Source: a virus
IMG/VR virus record: IMGVR_UViG_3300008262_000025
Location: 25,558 to 89,557 of that record
DNA length: 64,000 nt
Reading direction: 5' to 3' (one strand)
Made by a program: the position numbers and the translations under genes. This document shows positions 30,866-40,388 of this stretch, in pieces. Under the pieces are notes generated by a model, which ran no database searches, was not told the DNA's origin, and worked only from the letters and a program-made list of their open reading frames with translations. Every line of letters starts with the position of its first letter. Position 1 is the first letter of the stretch.

Positions 30866-31678
30866 TTACATTGTTTTTAAAATTATATAATGATCTCCTT
30901 TCTTGTTTTTAAATTGAAGACCTTTACCTTTAATCCTTATTTTTTGATTATTTTTAATTTTATCAGGAAGTTTTACATCAACTTTCCCATCTACAGTTTC
31001 AACTCTCACTGTAGAGTTAGCATCAGTACTATATAATTTTAGTTCTGAGATTACTGCAGGTTGATCGTTTTCAACTTTTTCAATCCAAAACTCTTCTCCT
31101 TTTTTATAAATAGGTTTTATTATTAAATTACCCATTGGAAGATTTTTTATTAAATCTCCAAAAGTATAATAAACTAAATTACCATCTTCATTCATTACGT
31201 CTGCTGTAATATTAACCTCAATCATTACATCTTGATATAATACTCCAATATTACCACAATTAGAACATCCTTGGTTTTTACACTCTTCACAGGATATCCT
31301 TCTTGTATACATTACCATTGTTTTAAAAGTATCATTAATTTGTTGAACTGTCAGTTCCATATCTATTACAATATCAACTGAAGGTCTTCTTTTCATCCTT
31401 TTCTTTACGTTAAAAGTATTAATACTTTCTATAAATTCATCTGAATCGTAATAAGGACGTGGTGCATTTAAATACTTTACATACTCCTCTTGATGTTTTT
31501 TTATATAATCATGAGCAGAATTAATTTTTTTAAATGTCTCTTCATCTCCACCTTTCTTGTCTGGATGATGTTCAATTGCGAGTTGTTTAAAAGTAGATTT
31601 TAATTTTTCATCATTTAAAGAATCTACAAGACTTAGTTTAAGAATTTTACAAGATTCTTCATAGGTTTTAAGAAACAT
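30866..31678 (-). CDS. dnaJ: DnaJ-family co-chaperone
   Basis: J-domain HHPDK..F..IN.A, reduced Zn finger CEEC..CSNC, C-terminal KIRIKGKG..GD. Confidence 0.9.
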   Translation of the reverse strand: MFLKTYEESCKILKLSLVDSLNDEKLKSTFKQLAIEHHPDKKGGDEETFKKINSAHDYIKKHQEEYVKYLNAPRPYYDSDEFIESINTFNVKKRMKRRPSVDIVIDMELTVQQINDTFKTMVMYTRRISCEECKNQGCSNCGNIGVLYQDVMIEVNITADVMNEDGNLVYYTFGDLIKNLPMGNLIIKPIYKKGEEFWIEKVENDQPAVISELKLYSTDANSTVRVETVDGKVDVKLPDKIKNNQKIRIKGKGLQFKNKKGDHYIILKTM

Positions 31679-32066
31679 TTTTTTCTTTTTTAATTAATTT
31701 TATAATTATAGGATTCATTTCCAATCTAATAATAAAACCAACTATAGAAGCTATAGTGTTTGGAGTTTCTAAACTATCAGTAATTGGCATAAATCTATTT
31801 TCAAAACTTTCATAATAATTAGCTTTTTCACTTGTCGTAATATAACAATCAGGATCTACTTCAAACCTTCCTAAATTTGGAACAAATATCTCAGGATGAG
31901 TAGAATTCCAAAAAGAATTATTTTTTCGATAGTAATTATATACTCCTGATTTAGGAAATATTTCATTAGCAAACAATCTAATTAAACCTATAACATTATT
32001 ATAAGCATCTACTTTATAAGCAATACAATCTCTAATTATTTTTATATAACCGTGAGTATTATTCAT
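31668..32066 (-). CDS. hypothetical protein
   Basis: Track start 32108 lies inside a tRNA-like element, so ATG 32066 (MNNTHG) is preferred. Confidence 0.65.
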   Translation of the reverse strand: MNNTHGYIKIIRDCIAYKVDAYNNVIGLIRLFANEIFPKSGVYNYYRKNNSFWNSTHPEIFVPNLGRFEVDPDCYITTSEKANYYESFENRFMPITDSLETPNTIASIVGFIIRLEMNPIIIKLIKKEKNVS

Positions 32067-32080
32067 TATCTTATTGTTTT

Positions 32081-32127
32081 GAGCGATGGAGAGATTCGAA
32101 CTCTCCATACTCCCTATGAGTATCGCT
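32081..32127 (-). ncRNA. Mini-tRNA-like element (acceptor stem, one hairpin, T-arm)
   Basis: AGCGAT-ACTC ATAGG GAGT-AT-GGAGAG TTCGAAT CTCTCC-ATCGCT-C. Confidence 0.65.
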
Positions 32128-32971
32128 ATAGAAGATTACAGAGCTCCATAGCTCTAATTAATCTTGTAATTCCAACTCCAGCACCAACTCTTGGAAAGAA
32201 TTTGTTGCTAAGAAATTCATTTAATTCATTTATTACTCTTTCATATCCAAATAAGTCAAATAGCTTTTCAGCATATTTACCATCTTCAATATTAAAGAAT
32301 GTATCTCTCATTTGTTCAACATTACAAGAACGTTCAGCTGAACCAATAGTTTCTTGACCACAAAGAATAACATCTATTTTTTTAGAGTTACCGTTATTGT
32401 ATCTTTTCATATTCCAGAATGGATTAGTTCTTTCTGGGAAGTTCATTATAAATAAAGCATTTGAAATAGTTTCACCTAGCTCGTTTTCTAATTCAGAATT
32501 AATAATATCTACATCATAAGTTTGACATATATCTTCATAATTCATCATTTTATAATCATCAAATCCTAAGAAATCAAGTAATTCAGTTTCAACTAAATGA
32601 AGATCTGTCATATCACCTGGAAACTCAAATTCAAACATTGGAAAGATCATACAATGACGACCTTCTATTGGATTCTTTTCTGCTCTGTATGAGGTACTGA
32701 GACAATAAAAACCTGGTACTTCAGGATTGTTTAATAATTCGTGTTCAAGCCACATTTGACCAGTTTGAGGTAATGGCCATACCTTACCCGCATAATCGTA
32801 TGTACGAACATTAAACGGGTCTTCACAAGCTGCAAGAATAGATAATCTATTCTGAGTGTGTACTTCTAAAAATCCTTTTTCATCAAAGAATTGTCTTAAT
32901 TTTTTTACAACTTTTGTAAATTTATCAGCATCAATATGCGGATAAAAAGAAGAGTGTAATGAGTGCTTCAT
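32126..32971 (-). CDS. Class II aaRS catalytic-domain protein (AsnRS-like, no anticodon-binding domain)
   Basis: FFDEKGFLEV, LPQTGQMWLE, YRAE..GRH..FPMFEFE, ETIGSAER, GAGVGITRL; only 281 aa. Confidence 0.85.
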   Translation of the reverse strand: MKHSLHSSFYPHIDADKFTKVVKKLRQFFDEKGFLEVHTQNRLSILAACEDPFNVRTYDYAGKVWPLPQTGQMWLEHELLNNPEVPGFYCLSTSYRAEKNPIEGRHCMIFPMFEFEFPGDMTDLHLVETELLDFLGFDDYKMMNYEDICQTYDVDIINSELENELGETISNALFIMNFPERTNPFWNMKRYNNGNSKKIDVILCGQETIGSAERSCNVEQMRDTFFNIEDGKYAEKLFDLFGYERVINELNEFLSNKFFPRVGAGVGITRLIRAMELCNLL

Positions 32972-33029
32972 TCAAATAATTTTAATCATTAACAATTTTA
33001 AATCTCTTTAATTAATCTTTTCGATTATG

Positions 33030-33037
33030 CAAAGTTA
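33030..33037 (-). promoter_or_regulatory. Bacteroidota -7 promoter element
   Basis: TAACTTTG in the intergenic gap 58 nt upstream of the aaRS-like gene. Confidence 0.45.
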
Positions 33038-33053
33038 AGAAATTAATAAATAA

Positions 33054-33749
33054 TTATAGTAACAATTTATCAGTTTCCCAAGCTTTTAACGTGTGTTCGA
33101 AGGGGTTACCTTCTATTTCTGAAACTAATTTTAGCATCTCTTGTGCTATCTCTCTAATTTCAAGTTGAGCATGTTCTGAATTTCTAAGTTTAAGAAAGTT
33201 AGCAAAACTTCTCATATTAAACGATACATCAGATTGTATCTGAGAGTTATACGTTTTAAAATATCTTGCTGATTCTTTTGCTCTTTTTCTACCAAGTATA
33301 GGAGTTAATTGCTCAAGACATTGATGGTAAAGTTTATTACCTTGTTTTGTATATTTTTCCAAAATTAATTGCCAATCTTCACCTATCAAAGGATCTAATT
33401 CACTATCTCCAGCATTACTCCAATCTTGAGGAATATAAAACTTATCTTCTTTTAACTCTTTATATCTTGCACTTTCTGCATTAAGACTTGAGATTCTATG
33501 CTTTAATAAATGTATATGTGATGCAATATCACAATCAACAAGAAAATGAACTATACCTTTTTCAAAAGGTGTTTCATGTCCTTCTGACCAAAGCATATTT
33601 ATTAGTTTAGGAATTCTATCTTTTTTATCTTCTGTTAGTTCTCTTGATGTAGATGTCCAAGCTGAACATGCTATTATTTCATCAGAACCGTAATGTCCAA
33701 TTAATTCTACTTTATTTTTCATACTAAATAAATATTTTCTTTTTAACAA
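33054..33749 (-). CDS. thyX: Flavin-dependent thymidylate synthase
   Basis: GHETPFE, LLKHRISSLNAESARY, KESAR, NMRS..FL.LR..HAQLEIR. Confidence 0.93.
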   Translation of the reverse strand: MLKRKYLFSMKNKVELIGHYGSDEIIACSAWTSTSRELTEDKKDRIPKLINMLWSEGHETPFEKGIVHFLVDCDIASHIHLLKHRISSLNAESARYKELKEDKFYIPQDWSNAGDSELDPLIGEDWQLILEKYTKQGNKLYHQCLEQLTPILGRKRAKESARYFKTYNSQIQSDVSFNMRSFANFLKLRNSEHAQLEIREIAQEMLKLVSEIEGNPFEHTLKAWETDKLLL

Positions 33750-34032
33750 TAATGGGAAATACTTCTACCATTACCGTGTGATATTGAAGAGGATCCACTT
33801 TATGATTAACAAATAATTTATTAACTTTAAATATAATATTCTTTGGATCTATACCATGATTTATATATCTCATGTAAAACTTATTATCCTTTTTAAAGAT
33901 ACCTCCAGCACTAAACAAACCATCGTATTCACTTTGATCAATAATTTGTTCAAAGTTTTTTTGTTCGTTATTACATAAAAAAATGACTTCCCGAAGGAAG
34001 CCATTCTCATCTTTTTCTTGTTTGATTAACAT
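33724..34032 (-). CDS. hypothetical protein
   Basis: 102-aa ORF. Confidence 0.65.
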   Translation of the reverse strand: MLIKQEKDENGFLREVIFLCNNEQKNFEQIIDQSEYDGLFSAGGIFKKDNKFYMRYINHGIDPKNIIFKVNKLFVNHKVDPLQYHTVMVEVFPIIVKKKIFI

Positions 34033-34385
34033 TATATAAATATGTAATTTTCTATAAAAACTTTTTCGTTTTTTATTTCATTTAAATAATCATCAAAATG
34101 TTCTTTGTAATAATTCATTTTAGAATCTAATTCTGTTGAATTAATTACAATTTCTCTAGAGCTAAGAGCATCAGATCTATTTAAAATGATGATCATCATT
34201 TCTTTTTTTGAGTTTTCAAAATCAAATAAGAACTGATCTTTTATTGTATAATCTTCATCTTCTAATTCAAATTCGTCATCATCAACATTATACTTTCTTT
34301 TAATGTGTTCTGATAAGCATTTACTACATTCAGATTCAAAATCTTTATTAATATTAATTTCTTTATTAAGATGTTTACACCACAT
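34032..34385 (-). CDS. hypothetical protein, N-terminal CxH..CxxC
   Basis: 117-aa ORF. Confidence 0.65.
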   Translation of the reverse strand: MWCKHLNKEININKDFESECSKCLSEHIKRKYNVDDDEFELEDEDYTIKDQFLFDFENSKKEMMIIILNRSDALSSREIVINSTELDSKMNYYKEHFDDYLNEIKNEKVFIENYIFI

Positions 34386-34387
34386 AC

Positions 34388-34579
34388 TTAAATACGTTTG
34401 TTTTCATTATCATTATTATATTTGTCTTTAAGTTCATCTCTGCAGATATGGCAAACTATAGAATCAATGCACATAAAATTTACCACAAACCATCTTGCTA
34501 GATGAGAACAATATTTACCAATCTTGGTTTTATGTTGTCTAGTTTTCATTATAACTGTAAAATTCTTCTTCTTTATCAA
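34388..34579 (-). CDS. small hypothetical protein, CxH..CxxC
   Basis: 63-aa ORF. Confidence 0.55.
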   Translation of the reverse strand: MIKKKNFTVIMKTRQHKTKIGKYCSHLARWFVVNFMCIDSIVCHICRDELKDKYNNDNENKRI

Positions 34580-34826
34580 TAGCTGGATATATTTCTATAT
34601 TATCCAAATCTAGAATAGGCTTTTTAAAAGCTTTCTTTATTTCTTTAAATTCATCATCTAAAACTTCTTCAGAATAGATTTCTTTTAAAATACCTTCTTC
34701 TGACCAACCTACAATATTATTTTCATTGTCATAATAAACTTCTGCAATAAAATACTTTGTAGTTTCAATATCAAAATCATCAACTTCTTTTTGTTTACAT
34801 CTTCTGTAATTCCAATAACCTATCAT
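34539..34826 (-). CDS. hypothetical phage protein (WNYR..EVYY type)
   Basis: 95-aa ORF resembling the N-terminus of 49212..49706. Confidence 0.7.
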   Translation of the reverse strand: MIGYWNYRRCKQKEVDDFDIETTKYFIAEVYYDNENNIVGWSEEGILKEIYSEEVLDDEFKEIKKAFKKPILDLDNIEIYPAIDKEEEFYSYNEN

Positions 34827-34837
34827 AACTTATATTG

Positions 34838-35293
34838 TTATTTTAAAGAATACGGCTGTTTTTCTATAAAAGTTAAATGTTTGTATGGATCAAAAATATT
34901 GTAAAGTCTATAACCTTTATCGTCAGAATGAAAACCAGCAAAACCTAAATCATATAAGATTTCCATTACAAACTTTTCTTCAATAAGTATAGCATTATCT
35001 ACACCTTTTAACTGAGTTAAATAATCTTTTATATTATACTCACGATCATTTATATGAAAATACATAGGTAATCCAGTAGATAATATGAATTGATGCATAT
35101 TATTCCAAGGATTAAACATCTTTTTCTTATCAGTAAATATTGAGTATTTGCCTATATAAGGATCAGTTAAAGTTTCTTTTGGTGAAAAATCTATAAAATC
35201 TTCCATGTATCTTTTGTTTTTAGAAAGACTAACTAGTAGTAATTCACTTTCTATTGCTTCATTTCCATCAGGTAAAGCTAAATAACCTATCAT
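34838..35293 (-). CDS. hypothetical protein
   Basis: 151-aa ORF. Confidence 0.7.
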   Translation of the reverse strand: MIGYLALPDGNEAIESELLLVSLSKNKRYMEDFIDFSPKETLTDPYIGKYSIFTDKKKMFNPWNNMHQFILSTGLPMYFHINDREYNIKDYLTQLKGVDNAILIEEKFVMEILYDLGFAGFHSDDKGYRLYNIFDPYKHLTFIEKQPYSLK

Positions 35294-35355
35294 TTTTATT
35301 GTTTTAAATTGTTAAAAATCCAACAATTTAATAAAATAATTATTAATACTAACAG

Positions 35356-35643
35356 TTATATTTCAACTTTAGCATATATTTTTTTAGTCCAACCAATCAT
35401 AAAATTTTTACCATCGTTAATTTGTACTCCTCTTGCTGCATTCTTTTTTGATACAACCCCATATTTATAAGATTTATCAGACTTATATAGTACCATATCA
35501 CCTTCTGCTGCAGTTTCTAAACTACAAGGTACTAATTTAATCTTTTGATTAAGTCTTATTCTAGGTTCAAGAGTGTTATTCGTTATCTTTACAAAAACTT
35601 CGTTATTAGTTTGCAATTCTTTTATAATATCTTCTTTATTCAT
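35356..35643 (-). CDS. S24/S26 peptidase-like beta-barrel protein, catalytic Ser apparently absent
   Basis: NNTLEPRI (cf. GNSMEP), GDMVLY, IGWT..IYAKV. Confidence 0.55.
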   Translation of the reverse strand: MNKEDIIKELQTNNEVFVKITNNTLEPRIRLNQKIKLVPCSLETAAEGDMVLYKSDKSYKYGVVSKKNAARGVQINDGKNFMIGWTKKIYAKVEI

Positions 35644-35654
35644 ATCTATAAAAT

Positions 35655-35691
35655 AAAAAGCAGCTAAAGCTTTTACACTTTAACTGCTTTT
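35655..35691 (-). terminator. Intrinsic terminator
   Basis: AAAAGCAGTTAAAG..CTTTAGCTGCTTTTT. Confidence 0.65.
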
Positions 35692-35697
35692 AGTTAA

Positions 35698-36897
35698 TTA
35701 GAATGTATTTTTTTTACTTTTAAACTTATGTTCAAACACAAAGTTTACATCATTTCTACATGATACTTTAATTAAATCGTGATTGTTAAAATCAATGCTT
35801 TCAATAATCATATCACTATCCTCATGACTTTCATAATTAAGGATTAGTGAACAACTTGAATAATTATTGCTACTAGCATAATTGTAATCATCTAGTGTCA
35901 TCAATTGATTATCCATAACATAGGTTTTAACTTGTTCTCTATCTTCTCTGCTCAAATCACCAAAATATCCGTGCTTAAATATTTTTGCTGTTGCTAAATT
36001 TAAAACACGCATTAAAGAACTATGTTGAGTACGGAATATATCTATATATAATTGATCATCATGTAAATTAGTATAAACTTCATTACATTTATATAATGAA
36101 TCGCCAAATTTCTCATGCGTTACATAATGTGAAGCCTCAGAAGAAACGTTAAGATGTTTTACAACTGACTTAGCGTCTTCTTCAAATAAATTCATATCTT
36201 TAATAATAGTAATAAGTATATCAAATGTTACAATACCTAATTTTTTAAGTTGTTTAAGTAAATCATCCCTATTATCTTTATTGATGAGTAAATCATCAAT
36301 TACCTCATTAATAGTATTTAGTTCTAAATTCTCATAATGTTTTCTGTATTTAATTCTACCTGGTCTGTTAATCATAAAATCACTTACGAGATTAACATCG
36401 TTAACTGTAACTAGAAATACTAGCTTAGTAGTTAAATTACCATCGAATAATGATAAGAGATCAATAGGCATTTTATCCTTAGGATAAATCTTTTCGAACT
36501 CATCAATAAATACAATACATTCTTCAAATACAGGACTAGATAAAAATTCTATAAAGTTTGATCCGTAAAAAGCTTCTGTTAATATTAAAACAGGCTTCTT
36601 AGAGTCTACACAAAACTTTTGAGCAAGAATTGTTTTACCTGAACCCTTAAGACCACTTAAGAGTATACCTAAATTCTTATGTGAATTTTGTTCATAAGAT
36701 TTTAACCATCTTTCAGTTATAGACACATCACCATACACTTTGGACGGTAATTTAAAACCAGTTGTTTCTACAAGATAGAATTCATTATTTCTATCCTGTT
36801 TAATCAAATAATTTTTAGGTCCAACATTACTGAGTTTGTCACCTATACCTGATACGGAACCAATTCTTATTTGGCCATCACCTAATTTGTAAAGCAT
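35698..36897 (-). CDS. AAA ATPase
   Basis: GLKGSGKT, FIDEFEK, LFDG, NRPGRI. Confidence 0.9.
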   Translation of the reverse strand: MLYKLGDGQIRIGSVSGIGDKLSNVGPKNYLIKQDRNNEFYLVETTGFKLPSKVYGDVSITERWLKSYEQNSHKNLGILLSGLKGSGKTILAQKFCVDSKKPVLILTEAFYGSNFIEFLSSPVFEECIVFIDEFEKIYPKDKMPIDLLSLFDGNLTTKLVFLVTVNDVNLVSDFMINRPGRIKYRKHYENLELNTINEVIDDLLINKDNRDDLLKQLKKLGIVTFDILITIIKDMNLFEEDAKSVVKHLNVSSEASHYVTHEKFGDSLYKCNEVYTNLHDDQLYIDIFRTQHSSLMRVLNLATAKIFKHGYFGDLSREDREQVKTYVMDNQLMTLDDYNYASSNNYSSCSLILNYESHEDSDMIIESIDFNNHDLIKVSCRNDVNFVFEHKFKSKKNTF

Positions 36898-36899
36898 TT

Positions 36900-37184
36900 T
36901 TAATCTTGTTTGTCGGTTTGTAAATTTTGATTCATAGCTAAACTTTCGTTATAAGTTTTAAAGAAATCATTAAAAATAACGGATGCTAAAATAAATGATA
37001 AATCATCTCTTGTAACATCAGTATTAACTATAGTTTCTAATACTTGCGTAAAAGATAAACTTTCGTTACTTTTTATTAAAGTATCAATTGAAGACTCAAT
37101 TAATGCTCCTTTGACCTCAAGTTGATCAAAATCTTCTTCAGAAATACCTAAATTAGGTTCATCAAATTTAAAATTCGTTTCCAT
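36900..37184 (-). CDS. hypothetical protein (paralog of neighbour)
   Basis: NFK..LGISEE..LEVK. Confidence 0.65.
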   Translation of the reverse strand: METNFKFDEPNLGISEEDFDQLEVKGALIESSIDTLIKSNESLSFTQVLETIVNTDVTRDDLSFILASVIFNDFFKTYNESLAMNQNLQTDKQD

Positions 37185-37516
37185 TAGTTTTTATTTAAAT
37201 TGTTTAATAATTCTTCAGATAGTATAATTCTTATCATATCTATATTGTTTTGGTAAAAAGATATAATATCATCTTTTAATTGAATAGCTAATACAACGGC
37301 TAATTCTTCTTTAGTTAAATCAGTATTTAATTCTTCTACTATTTGAGATAAAGAATAAGTATCTTTTTGATTTTTGTTAACAAGTTGAGATGATATATTT
37401 AGAATAATCTTCTTTTTTAAATACTCAAATTTTACTTGTAACTCTATCAGTTCTTCTGGTGTAATACCTAAAGATTGTGATATGTCGTTTTCAGTGTGTT
37501 TAAAATTAAAAGTCAT
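37184..37516 (-). CDS. hypothetical protein (paralog of neighbour)
   Basis: NFK..LGITPEE..LQVK. Confidence 0.65.
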   Translation of the reverse strand: MTFNFKHTENDISQSLGITPEELIELQVKFEYLKKKIILNISSQLVNKNQKDTYSLSQIVEELNTDLTKEELAVVLAIQLKDDIISFYQNNIDMIRIILSEELLNNLNKN

Positions 37517-38529
37517 TTCTTTTTAATGTTTAATTGTATATTAATAAATAATAATTCTAGACTAAGTCTTTTATTATGAGATAAATGATACCTTACAGAA
37601 CACTCATCTATCAAACTTAAAACTTTAAATAAAGAGGCAGAACCTATTTTATCAAACTGGTTTTTCATTCTTTGTTTTTGTTCTTCAGGAATGTACACTA
37701 ATTCAGAAATTTTATCATTTTTTAACATGAATAATTTTCTAAAATAGACAGCACTGTTTGTCATTATATCTTTTATATCATTACCTTCCTTGATTAACCT
37801 ATCAAGTAGAAGCATCATGTCATCCATCTTACCATCAATCATAAAGTCTGTTAATTCTGTAAAAATAGAATCATCAATGTAATTTAACACAGATTCTAAT
37901 TCTTTTAAATTAAGAGAATCATTAGTAGAAAACATACATTTTTCTAATAATGTCAAAGCATCTCTCATAGATCCATTAGCTTTCTCAGCTATAATGTAAA
38001 GTAACTTTTCTTCATAATCTTTGTTATAATCTTTACATATTCCACTCATAGTATTAACTATTGAGTTCATGCTAATATTATTAAGATTAAAAACAGTACA
38101 CCTTGATTTTATAGTATCAGGTATTTTATTAACTTCTGTTGTGCAAAGAATAAATAAAACATGCTTATATGGTTCTTCTAAAGGTTTTAAAAGAACATCA
38201 AAAGCTGCTTTACTAAGCATATGTACCTCGTCAATAATATAAACTTTTCTCTTAGAATCATAAGGAGGTATCTTTAATTGTAAAACTAAACTCCTTACAT
38301 CATCTATGCTGTTATGAGATGCAGCATCTATTTCATGAATATCTATATTAGATGTTTGAAGTTCATTAGCAACAATTCTTGCTAAAGTTGTTTTACCTGT
38401 ACCGTGTTTACCAGTAAAAATGATATTAGATATTTCATCTTTTTCTATCATCGATTTTAAAACTTTGATAGTAAATGATTGATCTTTAACATCATCAAAA
38501 ACTTTAGGTCTATATTCATTATATAACAT
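37513..38529 (-). CDS. dnaX: Clamp loader subunit, DNA Pol III gamma/tau-like
   Basis: YRP..F, GKHGTGKT, EIDAAS, IIDEVHMLS, LLKPLEEP, TIKSRC, GSMRDA. Confidence 0.92.
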   Translation of the reverse strand: MLYNEYRPKVFDDVKDQSFTIKVLKSMIEKDEISNIIFTGKHGTGKTTLARIVANELQTSNIDIHEIDAASHNSIDDVRSLVLQLKIPPYDSKRKVYIIDEVHMLSKAAFDVLLKPLEEPYKHVLFILCTTEVNKIPDTIKSRCTVFNLNNISMNSIVNTMSGICKDYNKDYEEKLLYIIAEKANGSMRDALTLLEKCMFSTNDSLNLKELESVLNYIDDSIFTELTDFMIDGKMDDMMLLLDRLIKEGNDIKDIMTNSAVYFRKLFMLKNDKISELVYIPEEQKQRMKNQFDKIGSASLFKVLSLIDECSVRYHLSHNKRLSLELLFINIQLNIKKK

Positions 38530-38711
38530 TAAAGTTTATCTTGAATTTTAACCTTCTCAATATTATACTTTTTCATTTGAAAGTTAATATTTGAGAGTAT
38601 TTGAAATCTATCAAATCTGTGATAAGAAGTTTCAACTACTTCTAAAAGATTACTGTATGCGTGAGCGTCACGAACTTCATTTAAAGTTTTGTAGATTTGC
38701 TTTTTTGTCAT
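38529..38711 (-). CDS. small hypothetical protein
   Basis: 60-aa ORF coupled to both neighbours. Confidence 0.6.
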   Translation of the reverse strand: MTKKQIYKTLNEVRDAHAYSNLLEVVETSYHRFDRFQILSNINFQMKKYNIEKVKIQDKL

Positions 38712-39709
38712 CGATTAATTGTTAATAATTGTTTAATTTGATCATCAGTTATTTCTACACCTACTTTCTTTAAATTATGAACCATATTTATAACTTCTGA
38801 TATAAGATAAGGTTTATTATAATTATTTAAATTATTTTGATCTTTATATAAAACAGTATTACTTAATTTAGCATTTTTTATTTCTTTTAACATTTCATCT
38901 AAATTATAACTGACATTATTTTTATCTAATAAATCTGTTATATACTTAAGATCATATAATGATCTGAGTGATGCATTAGACGGTGTTGGTAAAGATTTTA
39001 AAAATGGTATTTTATCAAATAATACAGTTTTTATTCTTAACCTTGCTGAAATATTTCTTTGTAGATAATATATCAATATTATATTAAATAAAAAACATTC
39101 AATATTTTTATCTTTTAATATAGTAAGTCCTATTTCTACATTATTAATATCTGTGCTGGTTAACAGTTCTTTTACTGCATCGTAATTAAAGTCATTTACA
39201 TTATCTTTAGTTGGATTTTCTAAATGATAATGTAACTTAGCAAAATATAAATCAGACATAATTATTTTATCTTTAACTTTACTTAACATGTCAATACTGA
39301 CATTTTTAAATTTTTGATCAATTATAATACATCTTTTATACTTATCGCTACTATTTACATAATAGTAAATTTTGCCAGTTTCTTTATCTTTATATTGTTG
39401 TTGAATAAAATAATAAGAACTTGACCATTCACTCTTAAATGAAGCGTAAGAAGGAAATATTAATATATCTGCATCATCAGAATTATCTACTACATTAAAC
39501 TTATAATGTTTACTTATTTTCTTTAATTTAGTTTTACTTATATTATTACCTGACACAAGATAAACTTTAGAGTTTTCTTGTATCTGTATATTATTATAAT
39601 CTATATCAGTAAAACTTGTATTTTTAAGACCTAATTGTATCTTTTTATTTAGAGCTATAAGATCATCAAAAGAAACGTCTCCAGTATACTCTGTGCGTTT
39701 AAAACTCAT
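38708..39709 (-). CDS. hypothetical protein (frame open for 49 more codons upstream)
   Basis: 333-aa ORF; see frameshift finding. Confidence 0.75.
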   Translation of the reverse strand: MSFKRTEYTGDVSFDDLIALNKKIQLGLKNTSFTDIDYNNIQIQENSKVYLVSGNNISKTKLKKISKHYKFNVVDNSDDADILIFPSYASFKSEWSSSYYFIQQQYKDKETGKIYYYVNSSDKYKRCIIIDQKFKNVSIDMLSKVKDKIIMSDLYFAKLHYHLENPTKDNVNDFNYDAVKELLTSTDINNVEIGLTILKDKNIECFLFNIILIYYLQRNISARLRIKTVLFDKIPFLKSLPTPSNASLRSLYDLKYITDLLDKNNVSYNLDEMLKEIKNAKLSNTVLYKDQNNLNNYNKPYLISEVINMVHNLKKVGVEITDDQIKQLLTINR

Positions 39710-39843
39710 TTCAAAAGTTGTTGTGTAATGTTTTAAAAGATAAAAAACATATAGAAAAAATAATACATACTTTTGTACTGTTTCTTCCGCTATCGGTTTG
39801 TTTTCCGTACTTTCTTTCTTAATGGGTAGATCTCCGTAAAGAT

Positions 39844-40290
39844 CTATCCATTTTTTATTTTATTTATTTTCTTAGTTACGTCTTGAACTTGAGAACTTCT
39901 TTTACTGATTAAATACTTTGTAAGATCAGCAAGATTATGACCTATTACTTTTTTATCTTCAGAACTAAGAATCTTTGTACAAATACCGATTAAAATCCTT
40001 TCCTCAATTAATGATAATGGTTCATTATCTAAACGATTTTCACTTACATCAAATTTATTTGAAAGATTTTTATACAAAGAAGGATAATTTCCTTTTAATA
40101 TGTATATTAAATACTTTGTCCAATGATTTCCTGTATCATCATATCCACTAATAAAATGAAAATCAGGATAGTAAATATTTATAATATAAAGTCCTACCAA
40201 TTCATTAGATAAATAAGCTTTTAAATCAGAGTCAAATATCTCAGATTTATAAAAGATTAATAAATCTTCTAAAGTTTTCAAATCAGACAT
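39844..40290 (-). CDS. hypothetical protein
   Basis: 148-aa ORF ending in A AAA AAT GGA TAG. Confidence 0.7.
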   Translation of the reverse strand: MSDLKTLEDLLIFYKSEIFDSDLKAYLSNELVGLYIINIYYPDFHFISGYDDTGNHWTKYLIYILKGNYPSLYKNLSNKFDVSENRLDNEPLSLIEERILIGICTKILSSEDKKVIGHNLADLTKYLISKRSSQVQDVTKKINKIKNG

Positions 40291-40305
40291 GATTGTAAAA
40301 ATTCA

Positions 40306-40380
40306 TAACTACGAAAGGATTTGAACCTTCACCCACTAAACAAAGAACATTTAGTATTCTTTCTATTAAACTACGTAGTT
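40306..40380 (-). tRNA. Degenerate tRNA-like RNA (atypical anticodon arm, possibly UCU)
   Basis: AACTACG/CGTAGTT acceptor; GTTT AATAGAAA GAAT D-arm lacking GG; CTAAAT GTTCTTT GTTTAG; GAAGG TTCAAAT CCTTT. Confidence 0.65.
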
Positions 40381-40388
40381 TATATAAA

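Noticed and set aside
32067-32108. Track start MESSNLSIAQ for ORF 31668..32108
   Set aside because: Most of these codons are the T-arm and acceptor of the mini-tRNA element; ATG 32066 is more plausible.
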